From positions 55,023-75,022 of the forward strand of contig LXFE01000167.1 in assembly GCA_001929475.1 (NCBI GenBank): 20,000 nt of DNA, given 5' to 3'. The notes under the pieces were generated by a model, which did no database searches, was not told the origin of the DNA, and worked only from the letters and a program-made list of their open reading frames with translations. The stretch is from Neolecta irregularis DAH-3. Lineage: Eukaryota. The position numbers and the translations under genes were made by a program. Of this stretch, positions 1 to 12,322 are shown piece after piece; the stretch's first letter is position 1, and every line of letters starts with the position of its first letter.

Positions 1-238
1 ATGACAAAGAAAGGCCCTGAGTTAATCTAAGGGTAAGAACAACAACACAATAAGTGAATAGCATAATAGAGTAATAGAAGTAGAGAGGAAGAAATACTAT
101 TCAGTATATGAGGTCACACCTATAGTTTCCCGGAATAATATATCACTCACCCACTGACTATAACAAGGCTGTTTTTTTCAAATACATAAGCAGGCCATTT
201 TCCTACTAAAGGGGATAATCTTCATCATTTGTGGACGC

Positions 239-1981
239 TCAAAGAGCACGCCCACCTAAAATTTCCACTTTTAGCTTTGCCATAGCTTCTTTGTAAAGTG
301 TCGGACACCTTTCGTCAATTTTGCCATCTGCCCATTCTACCTCGTTACTTCTTCCAATGCCATTGACGATAGACTGCTCGACCCATTTCTCCTGACCTTT
401 TTCTACCAAGGTCAAAGCCAACCCATCTTTTCCAGCTCGAGCAGTCCTTCCAACACGATGCACATACTGTCCGATATCTCGGGGCAGGTCGTAGTTGATC
501 ACGCGTTGTACTTGTAAATCGATTCCTCGTGCCATTAAATCGGTGCATATTAAAACATGAATTGAACCGCCAGAAAATTTTGATAGAAGCGGTTTTCGTG
601 ATGCATTATCAGAGGAATACAGCCCTGACTGAATATCGCAATATGAAAGCAACTTGTGGAGGCGGGAGGCTGTATCGGTCGACTTTGCAAATACCAGAAC
701 AGATGGCTGATTTTGTAGAAGGCTAAACAGATGTAGGGGTTTTGCATCCGTTGACACTCTGTAAAACTTTTCGCATAAGGTAGATGGAAGATACGATATT
801 AGGTCGTCATCTTTCATTCTGACATCTGAGATTATCATCCTCGGGAATGAGAGTTTCAAGCCCGTTAAGCTTTCAAGATTTCGAGTTTGAGTGGCAGAAA
901 ATATCATTTTTCTACATTTTAAAGAATGTGGGTTGGAGAGAATAGTATCATCAAATAGAGTCAAAAATGATTCAGATACCACTGAGTTTGATGAGAGCGA
1001 TGGCGAGTGGATTGCCGAGATGACGATGGCGACCCAATTTTGAAATCGTGAGTGTAGCAAACGATCTGCTTCGTCAATGATTAAGTACTGGAGATGCTGA
1101 AGCGAGAAGAAAGGAGTCGATTCAATATGGGAAACAAGGCGTCCTGGCGTTGTGATGACTATATCGAGACTTCAGATCAGCCAAGGATACTGATGATGTA
1201 AAAAACCCAGGGAAAGACTCTTGCTCCGTGACAAAAGACTTAATTCCAAAAGTGCCAACCTAAAACATTAACTGCAACTACAAAAGGAGATAATACAAGT
1301 AATCCACTTCCTCCAGCGAAAAACTCCATTACTCGATGAATTTGCATAACGAGTTCCTTCGTAGGAACCAGAATCAAAGCACGTATCCTGGGGACAGTCC
1401 GACTGGACAACGCCTAATGTCATCAGCAACTGTGTTTCTGTAAGAAGTCTCGCTTCAATAACAGGAATCCCATAACTCAGTGTTTTACCACTACCTGTTG
1501 GTGCACAAATACACAAATCTCCTGGCTCTTTCAGCAAATTCCACACTTTTGCCTGCACTGCGAATGCAAATTCCAGCTTTTCTTGCCTCAGCCTTGATAA
1601 TAACCGGGACGAGATAGCAAGATCAGAAAAAAGTATGGGTTCATTTGCATCTAGAATAATCGGATGGCGAAGCCACTCTGGCAGACCTGCCGAGCTATCA
1701 AGTTTTACGAATGCAGCTTGAGATGACTCGAGAGATAAATCTGGAAACGCTTCAAGATCACCGCTCGGTGCTGTCTCCTGTTCAGCCTCAATTGTTTTGG
1801 GTTCCTTGGCAATTTTCTCTTGCTGAGATGAATGAAATTTCGCGGTTTGAGCATCTGAAAGCCCATTGTCGTCAACTTCTACCTCTTGGTCTCTATTTCC
1901 ATCGCCATAGTCCTTTCGCTTCCTCTTTTGATTCAGTTTGTGCGGAATCTTCTTGTCTTTGGTTTTCACTGATGCAGCCAT
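239..1981 (-). CDS. DBP6: DEAD-box RNA helicase Dbp6/DDX51 (60S biogenesis), 4 exons; introns 1414-1453 (GC-AG), 1260-1296, 1170-1206
   Basis: The spliced translation gives the Q-motif (FAVQ), motif I APTGSGKT, Ia PTKEL, Ib TPGRL, DEAD, SAT, ARGID and [16 protein letters not shown] near the N-terminus and GDLCICAPTGSGKTLSY..P are typical of Dbp6. Confidence 0.88.
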
Positions 1982-2062
1982 CTATTCTTCTTCACAAAGA
2001 AGCGTAAATGAGATGGATGCTATTGGCTTTTCATGACATCCCCAACCGACATCTGGTTTCCC

Positions 2063-2074
2063 TCACGTGATTGG
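2063..2074. promoter_or_regulatory. Palindromic E-box TCACGTGA followed by ATTGG (inverted CCAAT) in the 150-bp divergent DBP6/SDA1 promoter
   Basis: The sequence tcacgtgattgg lies near the middle of the region between the ATGs at 1981(-) and 2132(+). It matches the bHLH (Cbf1-like) consensus. Function is inferred. Confidence 0.45.
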
Positions 2075-2131
2075 TAACTCGCCTCTAAAATATTTCCTAT
2101 CGGCCAAGGACCTTGCCATTGATTCGACGGA

Positions 2132-4454
2132 ATGGTCAAACGTTCTCGTGCAGCGTTGTTGCCGACGAACCTACCGCATCTACAGAACCTCACAAAGCGA
2201 GATCCACTATCATATACTGAAGAATTTCGTCAACAATGGAATCACTACTTAGCGACTCTAGATGTTTTCCTTGCAAACCCCACAGAAAACGCCGATAGTT
2301 TCGCTGAAGTCGTAGGCTTCATCGCACAGGTAGCTACTTGCTTTCCTGTGGAAACATCAGACTTTCCTCATGATCTTGTACGTTTGCTCAAAACACACCA
2401 TGAAATGCTACTACCAGAACTGCGCGAAAAACTTGTCAAATCTCTCGTAATGCTGCGAAATAAAGGGGTGATAGATTCCCTCACTCTCTTGCAGTCACTT
2501 TTCCCTCTTTTAATCGCTACCCATTCAAAGACACTTCGTCAGCATCTCTATGCGACTATCTCCTCAGATATCCGAACTTCAAACTCGAAGGCCAAAAACC
2601 ATAAACTCAACGGAACCATCCAGAGCATGTTGTTTAATCTTCTCGCAGAGCAAATTCCCTCTGGGGTTTGGGCGACAAAGCTTGTCAGGGAGATGTGGAG
2701 GAGAAATATCTGGAATGATTCCCGAACTGTGGAAATTATGAAAGAAGCTTCGCTGCATTCTAATACAAGGATTGTGGTGGGTGGGGTGCGATTCTTTTTG
2801 GGACATGATGAGGAGGAAAGCGATGAAGAAGAAGATTCTATCGACGTTAAACGGCTTATCCATCAGGCTGGCATCAATAAGAAAAATCACGGTCGCGATA
2901 GTAAAATTTCCAAAGCAATTGCTACTGTCAAAAAAGGACCACCCTTACTCTTCCTTTGCTAACAATGCAGCGTGAGAAGAAGAAAAATAAAGGCGATCTA
3001 TTCAACTTCTCTGCCTTACACATATTAAACAATCCTCAAGGATTTGCAGAGTCTTTATTCACAAAGCACCTATCGAAGTCTACAAAACTGTCATTAGAAC
3101 ATAGACTTCTTGTTCTACAACTTCTATCACGATTAATCGGCGTTCACAAACTTACCATATTAGGTGTATATTCGTATCTACAAAAGTAAGCACTCATAGC
3201 AGATGTTAACTTATATCAATAGATATCTCACTCCTCACCAACGAGATGTCACTCATTTTCTTGCTTGCGTAGCTCAGGCGAGCCACGAATTTATTCCACC
3301 TGATGTTATTAGTCCTGTTATTAGAAAAATTGCGGATGAATTTGTCACAGGCGGTGTTGCTAGCGAAGTCGTCTGTGCTGGGTTTGCTGATTTTCAAATT
3401 CACAATTGACAGAAGCCTGAATGCAATTAGAGAGATTTGTGCCCGTTCGCCTTTGTCCCTTTCCGAAGATATGTTGCAGGATCTCACTGAATACAAGTCT
3501 TCGAAGGATAAAGGTGTGATGATGGCTTCGCGAAGCTTAATTGGGCTCTATCGAACGGTTGCTCCGGAAATGCTCAAGCGGAGAGACCGAGGGAAAATAG
3601 TTAGCATGGGAATGGAAAATAGTGCCGCAAATTGGAGGTTTGGGGATGAGCGTGGCGTTCAAAGGGGTATAGATGGATTGGAACTTCTCGAGACAGAAGG
3701 TATTGAAGCTGAAATCGATGACGAAAAAGGTAAGAACATTGTTTCCTATTAATTCTAACTGTAGGATGGGAAAAGTGGAATGTTGAAAAAGATGCAAGCG
3801 ATAGCGATGGGTCAAGCGGCTGGATCAATGTCGGAAGTGACAACATTGATATCAATATTTCGGACAGTGACGATGAAACACAAAATGCTGAAGGCGATCA
3901 AGATACCGAGAGCAATGTGAAGCTAACAGGAACTGAAGGGCTTCACAGTATCGCAACAACGAGGGTATCTGGTCCATCCTTGATAGGCTAATCATAGATA
4001 CTCACACCTGCCGATTTTGCAAGACTGTCTGAGCTCCGTGAAAAGTCTGCCGTCGATAGGCAGTTAGGAAAGCCTTCCAAGTAATTTTCTTTCGTATTTA
4101 TTACTTATTCATCAGGCGTCTACCGGAATTAGAATTTGTGGATAACACAGCTATTGAGGGCCCTCGAAAGAAAGTCAGAGCGACATATGCTGAGCGAATG
4201 CAGAGTGTACAAGAAGGGCGAGAAGGCCGGGAGAAGTTCGGTAGTCGAAAAGGAAATCGAGAAGAGAACGGCAGGAGCACCACTAATCGACAAAAAGCAT
4301 TGTTTCCCCATTCTTAGTCTGCTAACGGTGTCAGGCCCGTAAGAAGAACTTCATGATGATTGTGCACAAGAAGGAAGTCAAAGGCAAAGTAAAGGTATCG
4401 CTTATGGATAAACAAAAAGCCCTGCGAGATCATAAAGTGAAGAAGTCGAAATAG
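2132..4454 (+). CDS. SDA1: Sda1 (SDAD1) pre-60S maturation/export factor, 8 exons; introns ~2936(or 2927)-2970, 3186-3222, 3382-3415, 3730-3764, 3965-3997, 4081-4115, 4297-4334 (GC-AG)
   Basis: The spliced protein contains the N-terminal NLPHLQNLTKRDPLSYTEEF, then NFSALHILNNPQGFAE, YLTPHQRDVT, LNAIREIC.R.P, ILTPADF and STTNRQKARKKNFMM, all characteristic of Sda1. Stop TAG at 4452-4454. Confidence 0.93.
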
Positions 4455-4544
4455 ACGACAGTTATTATTATACATGCACAAAAATGAAACCACCAGTAGA
4501 CTCTTGAAATTTGTCTATAGCTTTATTTTGCTTTCGGCGTTTTA

Positions 4545-6926
4545 TCAACGCCTTAACGACTTTTTCTGAGGTTTCTTTTTAGAATCCGTTCGATCACATG
4601 TTGTCTTCTTGTAGCTTCGTTTCTCCACAGCAAGCATCTTCTTCCGTTTCTTGCTGCTCAATTTTTCTTTCGACTTCGTAGGACCATTTACTTTCGCTAA
4701 GGATTAGTCCACGAAAAGTAAGATGTGAGACCATCGGAGACTTTCTTATCGTTTGCTTTTAAAAACCATGTCCTTGCAGGGCGACTCCTTATCTCGGCTT
4801 CATGTTTGACGAAATTCTCACCCTTCTGAAGCTCCATTTCGGCCTGGCAAAGCTATATGTTGGTTAATTTCTTGTAGAGTTTAGAATACAGCCTTCTCTT
4901 CTTTCTCTTCCACTAAAGTTGCGTCCACATCTTCCGCCAACTTTGCTAAACGGACAGCCCATTTTTCCAGTCCCGTTGCATCCAGAGTTCGACTTCTGAC
5001 ATCGCCCTTTTGAGCGTCGGCGCTCTTGACTGCAAGTTTAACAATTTTACGGTCAGCTTCCCCAGCAAGGGTAACCGCGCAACCATTTCGTCCAGCTCGA
5101 GCAGTTCGACCCACCCTATGGAGATACATATCGTGTGACTGCGGTGCCTCGTAGTTAATGACAACATCAATCCCTTTGATATCGAGACCACGCGATGCAA
5201 GATCGGTGGCGAGCAAAAAGTCAACTCTCCCATCTCGGAACTGCTCTAATGCAGTAACTCGTTGTTCTTGGGATAGAGAACCGTGGAGATCGGCAGCCTT
5301 AAACCCCAAAAGTCCAAAAATAATGCGCATACGGTGAGCCATAACTTTGGATCTGAAAAAGACAAGAACTCTATTCTTGTAGATAGATGAAGCAAGCAAC
5401 AAAAGCATGGCCGAACGCAAGTGTTCTTTCTGCGGTCTTATTCGAATGAATTCCTGGGTTAAAGAGGAGGCAACACTATGCTTGGGATCGACGAGCAGAC
5501 GGACAGGCTTATTGAGAGAAAGTCGAATAAGGCTGTCAATCTGCCAGGATTAGTACGCGACTATGAACACCCGCTGGTACATCTTCTGTCATTGTCGCAG
5601 AGAATAACATTGTCTGCCGCGACTTGGGACAAAGTCGTATGATTTCGTCAAGTTCTTTGGCAAAACCATCCTCAAGCATCCTTTAGACTTGAGTAAATTC
5701 TTGAGAAGATTACATACCGATCGGCTTCGTCTATGACCATGATTTCGATATTTTCGATCGTAAAGCCGGTCGAGTTGCGAGCATGATCAATAAATCGTCC
5801 AGGAGTGGCAATAACAACGTCTGGCTTTTTCCGCAAGTCAAGCTCCTGAGTCTTTAGAGACAGCCCGCCCAAAATGTCAGTTTCTACGGGAAACTTGGTA
5901 ACAAACCCACACAAAGGCAGAAAGTCACATCGGTGTAAGTGGCTAGACGAATAGCTACACTGTGGCATTGCATAGCCAACTCTCGGGTTGGGCACATGAT
6001 CAATACCCTTGAAGTGGGTACTTTCTTGGGCCGGTATAAGAGCCGTTCAAGTATGGGGACAATGAAAGCTGCAGTTTTCCCAGAACCTGTGACTGCACCA
6101 CCCACAACATCTTTCCCAAGAAGTGCAATAGGTATAGTCTTCTGCTGAATTACCGTCGGTGTAGAGAAACCAACAGAGGATAGACCCTTCAAGATTGGTC
6201 TCGATAAATTCATATTGTTGAAGGATGTAACCGTGACATTGCTATCTTCGGATGGACCTGCAAAGTACTCCTGTCTTCGCGCGGTTTCTTCTGCAGTTTC
6301 AGGTTCTGATCCTGAAGCAATGTCATCAGGATGTTCGAAGGGAACTGCTATTGACCCATCAGAGTCCGAGTTACGATCTTCGTCGATATCTTCTTCCGAA
6401 ATTTCATCAGGTTCATCCCTAGTTTTGACGCCCATTCCAAACCCGTCTGCCGCTAAGCCATTAGATTAATTCAAATATTGTTCATGCCGATATCTTCATC
6501 ATCAAGAGCAAAGTTTCCAAATGCCTCGCTCTCATCTTCCCATTCATATGATATCTCATCACTAACTTCTGGACCGTGTTCTTCAACAGATTCTATGAGG
6601 AGATGTGTTCCTTGAGCTGATCGATGTCGCTTAATGATGTCCTCGATGTTGATATCTTTTTTTCTCTTGGTCTTCATTGCATCCTTTGCCTTATCAAATC
6701 CCCACTCCTGCATAGTCCCTAGATCCTGTCTTCCATATCCCGCAGCATCGAAGTCAAAATCTAGGTCGATATCTGCACATTTTCTCTTCTTGGTGGCATT
6801 TTCCTCAGGGAGCACTTCATGGCTCGAGTCCTCGCTTGCAGATAGCTCGGACTCTTCGTCGTCCTCTATAGTCAAAACAAAGTCATCAGCCTTTGCGCGC
6901 AGTTTTCTGGACGTATTTGTAGACAT
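4545..6926 (-). CDS. DRS1: DEAD-box RNA helicase Drs1/DDX27 (60S biogenesis), 7 exons; introns 6453-6487 (GC-AG), 5869-5906 (apparent GT-GG), 5681-5717, 5541-5580, 4853-4889, 4697-4731
   Basis: Acidic N-terminus with DFVLTI, then [77 protein letters not shown] and the C-terminal EI.SRP.RTWF. The exact 3' end is less certain. Confidence 0.92.
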
Positions 6927-7072
6927 TAATGGAAACTAGCATGAATTTTATTTTTGTTTCAAGTCTCGGTTTGGTCACGCCGAATTGTCTACAACATCGA
7001 ACTTTGGCAGAGAAGGAAACACTCATAGCTTCAGGCTAACAAAGCCTTCCGATCATCCTCGGATTCTTATTC

Positions 7073-10000
7073 ATGGAGAAATTCCAACTGCTCCCTTCGG
7101 ATATCGAGTCTAAGCTGCTCGAGCTAGAGTACGATTTTCAGCAAGGCGACATAACCGAGCAAGGCTACAAAAAAGTACACGTATCTGTACAAGCTTTCGT
7201 ACTCACATACAGCGGAAATCCGCTCTTCTTTTATCTGTAAAGGAGGACCCCGTAATTGCGGCTGGTGAGGGACAAACCAATTTTTCAAATGACAGCAACA
7301 GTACGAGCACGGTATTTCAACATCTAATTGCTTCTCATTGCTGACTGCCTCTAGGATTTCGCCCAAGCCTCTCCTAATAACCGCCCAGTATCCCATCTGT
7401 CTCTGGAGATGCCTGATTATCGTTTCAACCCTAGCACCTTTGATCTTCGTTTGTAAATCTTCCTATCAAAGGTCTTACGAGAAAGAATTTGATGACAATG
7501 ACTTGACCTATAATCGCATTCATAACACCTATACTGAACGCGCAAGAACTGAAGACTACGAAGAGATCGACGACGATAACAGTAATTCTCGTTATATAGC
7601 TAGCATACTGAAATTTTTATAGCAGTGGCCTACCAGCGTAAAATATTCGAAGGCTCTCCTCACAAAGGCATTCTTAATATCCTTGAACCACGAGACATCC
7701 CATTCTCAATCTTCGATCCTCATAATGAAAATATCCCCTTGTCGAAATTTGACAACCTAGCTGCGATATTGCGTTATAGGGGTCAAACAATACCCAAGAA
7801 ACCTGCTTTTCTAGTTCTAGATTCAAAAGGAAAAGAGGTTCACACAATGACATGGGAAAAGATTGCATTGCGTGCAGAAAAGGTTGGTCACGTTATTCGG
7901 GAAAAGAGCGGCCTATATCGAGGTGATCGTGTGGCCCTAGTTTATCGCGATAGTGAAGTCGTTGAGTTTGTCGTTGCCCTTCTTGGTTGCTTCATTGCGG
8001 GAGTAGTAGCGGTCCCAGTCAATAAACCAGAAGACTACGAGGAGCTGAACTTTATTCTTACCTCTACACAAGCACACTTGGCTCTGACAACTGACAACAA
8101 CTTGAAGGCTTTCCAACGGGGATTGAGTGCTGCCAAAATACCATGGCCCAGAGGAGTCGAGTGGTGGAAAACAAACGATTTTGGCAGTTTCCATCCTAAG
8201 AAGAAGGAAGAGCTTCCTGTATTTTATCGAAAAGTAGCTTTTCGCTAATACCAAGGCACTACAAGCTCCTGAACTTGCATACATTGAATTTTCAAGATCT
8301 CCTACGGGCGAACTACGGGGTGTTGTGATATCTCATCGGACTATCTTGCACGCTATGTCTAGCTTATTGGCTGTAATATTTTCTGTTCCAGGACAGAAAC
8401 AAGACTCGCCAGCAGAACATATGCGTGATAAACACGAAAACCCTGTTATTGGTACTGGGAGCGGAGAAGTACTAGTGACGTATCTCGATCCCCGCCAAAG
8501 TGTCGGAATTCTCTTTTCAGTACTTATGACTGTTTATGGTGGATACACGACAGTATGGACAAAACCTGGAGCTGTGGCAACTCCAGGTCTTTTTGCCAAT
8601 ATTGTTACGCGATATAAAGGTTTGAGCCATCAATTCGCATAGTCTCGTTTGACTCCAAGCATCCCTTGTTTTGGCTGATTATCCGGGGTTGAAAACAGTG
8701 GCATACAACTACCAGAACGATCCATTAACCACTCGGAATTTCTCTAAGAAGCATCCTGTCGACTTTTCTTCAGTTCGCCTGTGTTTCATCGACTGCCAAA
8801 ATGTAGATCCTGAGTTTCACGAAATCCTTGCCGATCGATATTTTAAGCCGCTCGGAAATCATCGTGCGTGGGACATTGTTGCGCCAATGCTCTGTCTTCC
8901 AGAGCATGGCGGCATGGTTATAACAGTCAGAGATTGGCTCGGGGGCCAAGATCGCATGATGCCGGACGGCCCAGCACTATTAGACGAAGGCGATGGTCTC
9001 ACTGACGTCCTTCTCAATAAAGAAGCTCTCAAGACGAACGAGGTGATTGTCATAGCAACTGGAGCGGAGGCGAAGACAAGAACAGGGGAACCTGGTACTG
9101 TCAGGATCGGCGCTTTTGGCAATCCCCTCGCGGACGCTACTCTCGCTGTTGTAGACCCTGAGATTGGCGTTATTTGTCCTCCACATATGATTGGTGAGAT
9201 ATGGGTACCAAATTTTATTTCAACGACCTTATCGATATAGGTAGATTCACCATCATTAAGCGCTGGATTTTGGGCATTACCAAAACATACATCTGATATA
9301 TTTCATGCGAAACCTCTGACAAGACGCCCGGATGGCGGCACAGAAATATATAGACAAGAGTTCCTACGAACCGGATTTCTGGGCTGTACTATTGAAGGAA
9401 AAGTCTTTGTATTGGGCATGTATGAGGATCGGCTACGCCAAAAGGTTGAATGGGTCGAAGATACCCAAGATATTATCGAATACCGTTATCATTACACCAG
9501 TCATTTGGTCACTACTATCATGAAAAATATAAAAGGCGTTTTTGATTGGTACCAGCACTTCCTTTCTAATATTTAACTCGATTATAGTGGCGCTTTCGAT
9601 ACTTTTGTGAATGAAGAGCATTTGCCAGTTATAATCATCGAAAGTCCTGTGGCTTCGACTACACCCATCACGCCATCATCTCCTCCAAAGCCACTCGATG
9701 TCACTCTCCTATCAAAATTAGCAGAACGAACAATCGAAATTTTACTTGACGAGCATCATGTCCGTGTTTATTGCGTTCTCCTTACTGCGCCCAATACTTT
9801 GCCGCGGGTCTTCAAAAATGGGCGAAAAGAAATTGGAAATATGCTCTCACGTAAAGAATTCGAAGCTGGAGCACTCCCTTGTGTATATATCAAATTCGCT
9901 GTCGAAAGGGCTGTGTTGAATTTGCCTATTGGTGAGGATCCAGTTGGTGGAGTTTGGAGCCCAGAGGCAACGTACCACCGACAGGAATCGCTCGCTTTCG

Positions 10001-12220
10001 AGGAACGCCAGTATAGTGGAGTTGATCAACGTGATATTGTTATTGACGAAAGAACATCACTGCAGTTGAACACATTTGAGAGTATTGTTGATCTGCTCCA
10101 ATGGAGAGTTTCTCGTCAAACGGAAGAACTTTCCTACTGCACCATTGACAGTCGAGGCAAAGAAGGCAAAGGTACGACTTGGAAGAAATTGGATATGAAA
10201 ATTGCGGCCGTTGCCCACTACCTCAAAACGAAGGCCAATATATTCTCTGGGGAGCATGCTGTGCTGATGTATACGCACTCAGAAGACTTCGTCTATGCAA
10301 TACATGCATGCTTTTGTTTGGGTATTACAGCAATTCCAATAGCACCCGTCGATCCTAACCGTCTTTCCGAGGACGTCCCTGCTCTGCTTAGTGTTATACG
10401 CGACTATAGCATCAAGGCTATATTGGTGAATGCGGATATTGAGCATTTAATCAAGGGAAAAGCAATTTCTCAACACCTGAAACAGTCTGTTGTTGCGGCT
10501 CGTCTCACCTTGCCTCCTATATATAATACATCTAAACCACCGAAACAGATTAAAGGCTGCAAAGAACTGGGAATGACGATCCGCCATGAATGGGTCCTGC
10601 CATCGTATCCAGCGTTGATTTGGGCTTATTGGACACCGGACCAACGAAGAATAGCAGTACAACTCGGGCATGATACAATCTTATCATTGTGTAAAGTACA
10701 AAAGGAAACCTGTCAGATGGTCAGTTCGCGACCTCTTCTTGGTTGTGTACGAAGTACGAGTGGCATTGGGTTTCTCCATACTTGCTTAATGGGTATTTAC
10801 GTTGGTACAGAGTTGCTGAGGAATTTGAGAAATGACATATACAGGAACCTCGACATACTTGGTTTCACCTGTGGATTATGCGGCAAACCCAGCCCTACTT
10901 TTGAATTGTATGGCTCGGTACAAAACCAAGGACACATACGCTACTCCCCAGATGCTGGACCATGCAATCCAGACAACTCCAGTCAAAGGAATCTCATTGC
11001 ATGAAATAAAAAACCTCATGATTTCATTTGAAGGAAGACCTCGAACCAATATGTGTAGGGGGTCTCTACAGTTTTGTGCTGACATATATAGTTCAACTTG
11101 TCAGAACGCACTTTTCGTCCGCATATCTAGACTACACGGCCATCAATACAACGTATAGTCATGTCCTAAATCCTATGATCGCAACTCGATCTTATATGTG
11201 CATCGAACCTATTGAATTATATCTGTCCGCACGAGCACTTCGTCGCGGGGTTATAGAAGTCACCAGTCCAGATGAAGATCGGTTTGGTTTATTAGTTCAC
11301 GACTCTGGCATGGTATGATTGACCAAGACTGATTAGTTTGATTCAATGCATAGGTTCCTGTGTCTACCCAGGTAGCTATTGTCAATCCTGGGACATGCTG
11401 TCTCTGTCGTGTAGGCGAGTTCGGTGAGATATGGGTTGCATCTGATGCTTGTGCAAAAAGCTTTTATGGTTCTCGAGATGCCTTTGATCTCGAGAGATTT
11501 CGAGGTAGATTAGTTGATGGAGATCCACGGATTATCTATGTTCGTACGGGTGATCTCGGTTTTTTGCATAACGTATCGAGACCCATTGGACCAGGGGGCG
11601 CTGTTGTCGATATGCAAACTTTATTTGTGTTAGGCAGTATCGGCGAAACGTTTGAGGTAAATGGCCTCAACCACTTCCCCGTCGATATTGAACATACCAT
11701 TGAACGATCTCATAAGAATATTGTAGGGGGTGGAAGGTTAGTACCTCCATCTTAACCCGCAATCTCACGTTCAAGTGCTGTTTTCCAGGCTGGGGGAAGC
11801 GTTGTTGTCCTAGTTGAAGTGGTGAAGGCCGAGCATTTGGCTTCTCTAGTTCCTGTAATTGTCAATGCGATACTCGACGAACACCAACTGATCGTCGATA
11901 CTGTTGCATTTGTTGCTTTGGGTGAATTTCCCAGGTCTCGACTTGGCGAAAAACAACGAGGCAAGATATTAGCGAATTGGGTGTCAAGGAGATTGTATGT
12001 CTCAATGTTTTTCCTAGCTGTCTACTCACAAGATAGATACCCGGTTGCAAGATATGCTGTTCGAGAGCTAGAGCGATCGGACAACAGTGGGCCTGAAAGT
12101 GCCACAGATATAACTCCAAACCAAGAGGATCAAAAATTATTTCCAGAGGGATACAAGGCCGTCCCGGATGGTTCAGAACCGTTCGTACAGGGTCTTGGTA
12201 TTGATGCGTTCATTCGTTAA
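7073..12220 (+). CDS. DIP2/Cmr2/Cps1-family protein: N-terminal DMAP1-binding domain plus two fatty acyl-AMP-ligase-like (AMP-binding) domains; about 14 exons; introns 7175-7212, 7312-7354, 7449-7485, 7582-7622, 8219-8255, 8620-8659, 9205-9240, 9549-9587, 10805-10844, 11055-11091, 11313-11353, 11737-11775, 11995-12036
   Basis: The N-terminus LLELEYDFQQGDITEQGYKKRK is DMAP1-binding-like. The A-domain motif variants are AYIEFSRSPTGELRGV, GEIWVDSPS, FLRTG.LG, then GEIWV and YVRTGDLGFL in the second domain, and PRSRLGEKQRGKI at the C-terminus. The exons in 7213-7622 are the least certain. Confidence 0.88.
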
Positions 12221-12322
12221 CGACCCACGAGAAACTGGGCAATGTATAGGTGTTTTTTTCCTCGCTCTTTTGAGGCGTTCGGTTGTAGTGAAGGTTAGAT
12301 ATATTGTCATTTAGAGCGATAT

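Noticed and set aside
1-238. Leftmost AT-rich segment starting with ATG
   Set aside because: A stop follows after a few codons and there is no recognisable feature. It is probably DBP6 3' UTR or intergenic sequence.
239-6926. DBP6 and DRS1 as a recent tandem duplication
   Set aside because: They belong to distinct ancient DEAD-box subfamilies, and similarity is limited to the universal motifs.
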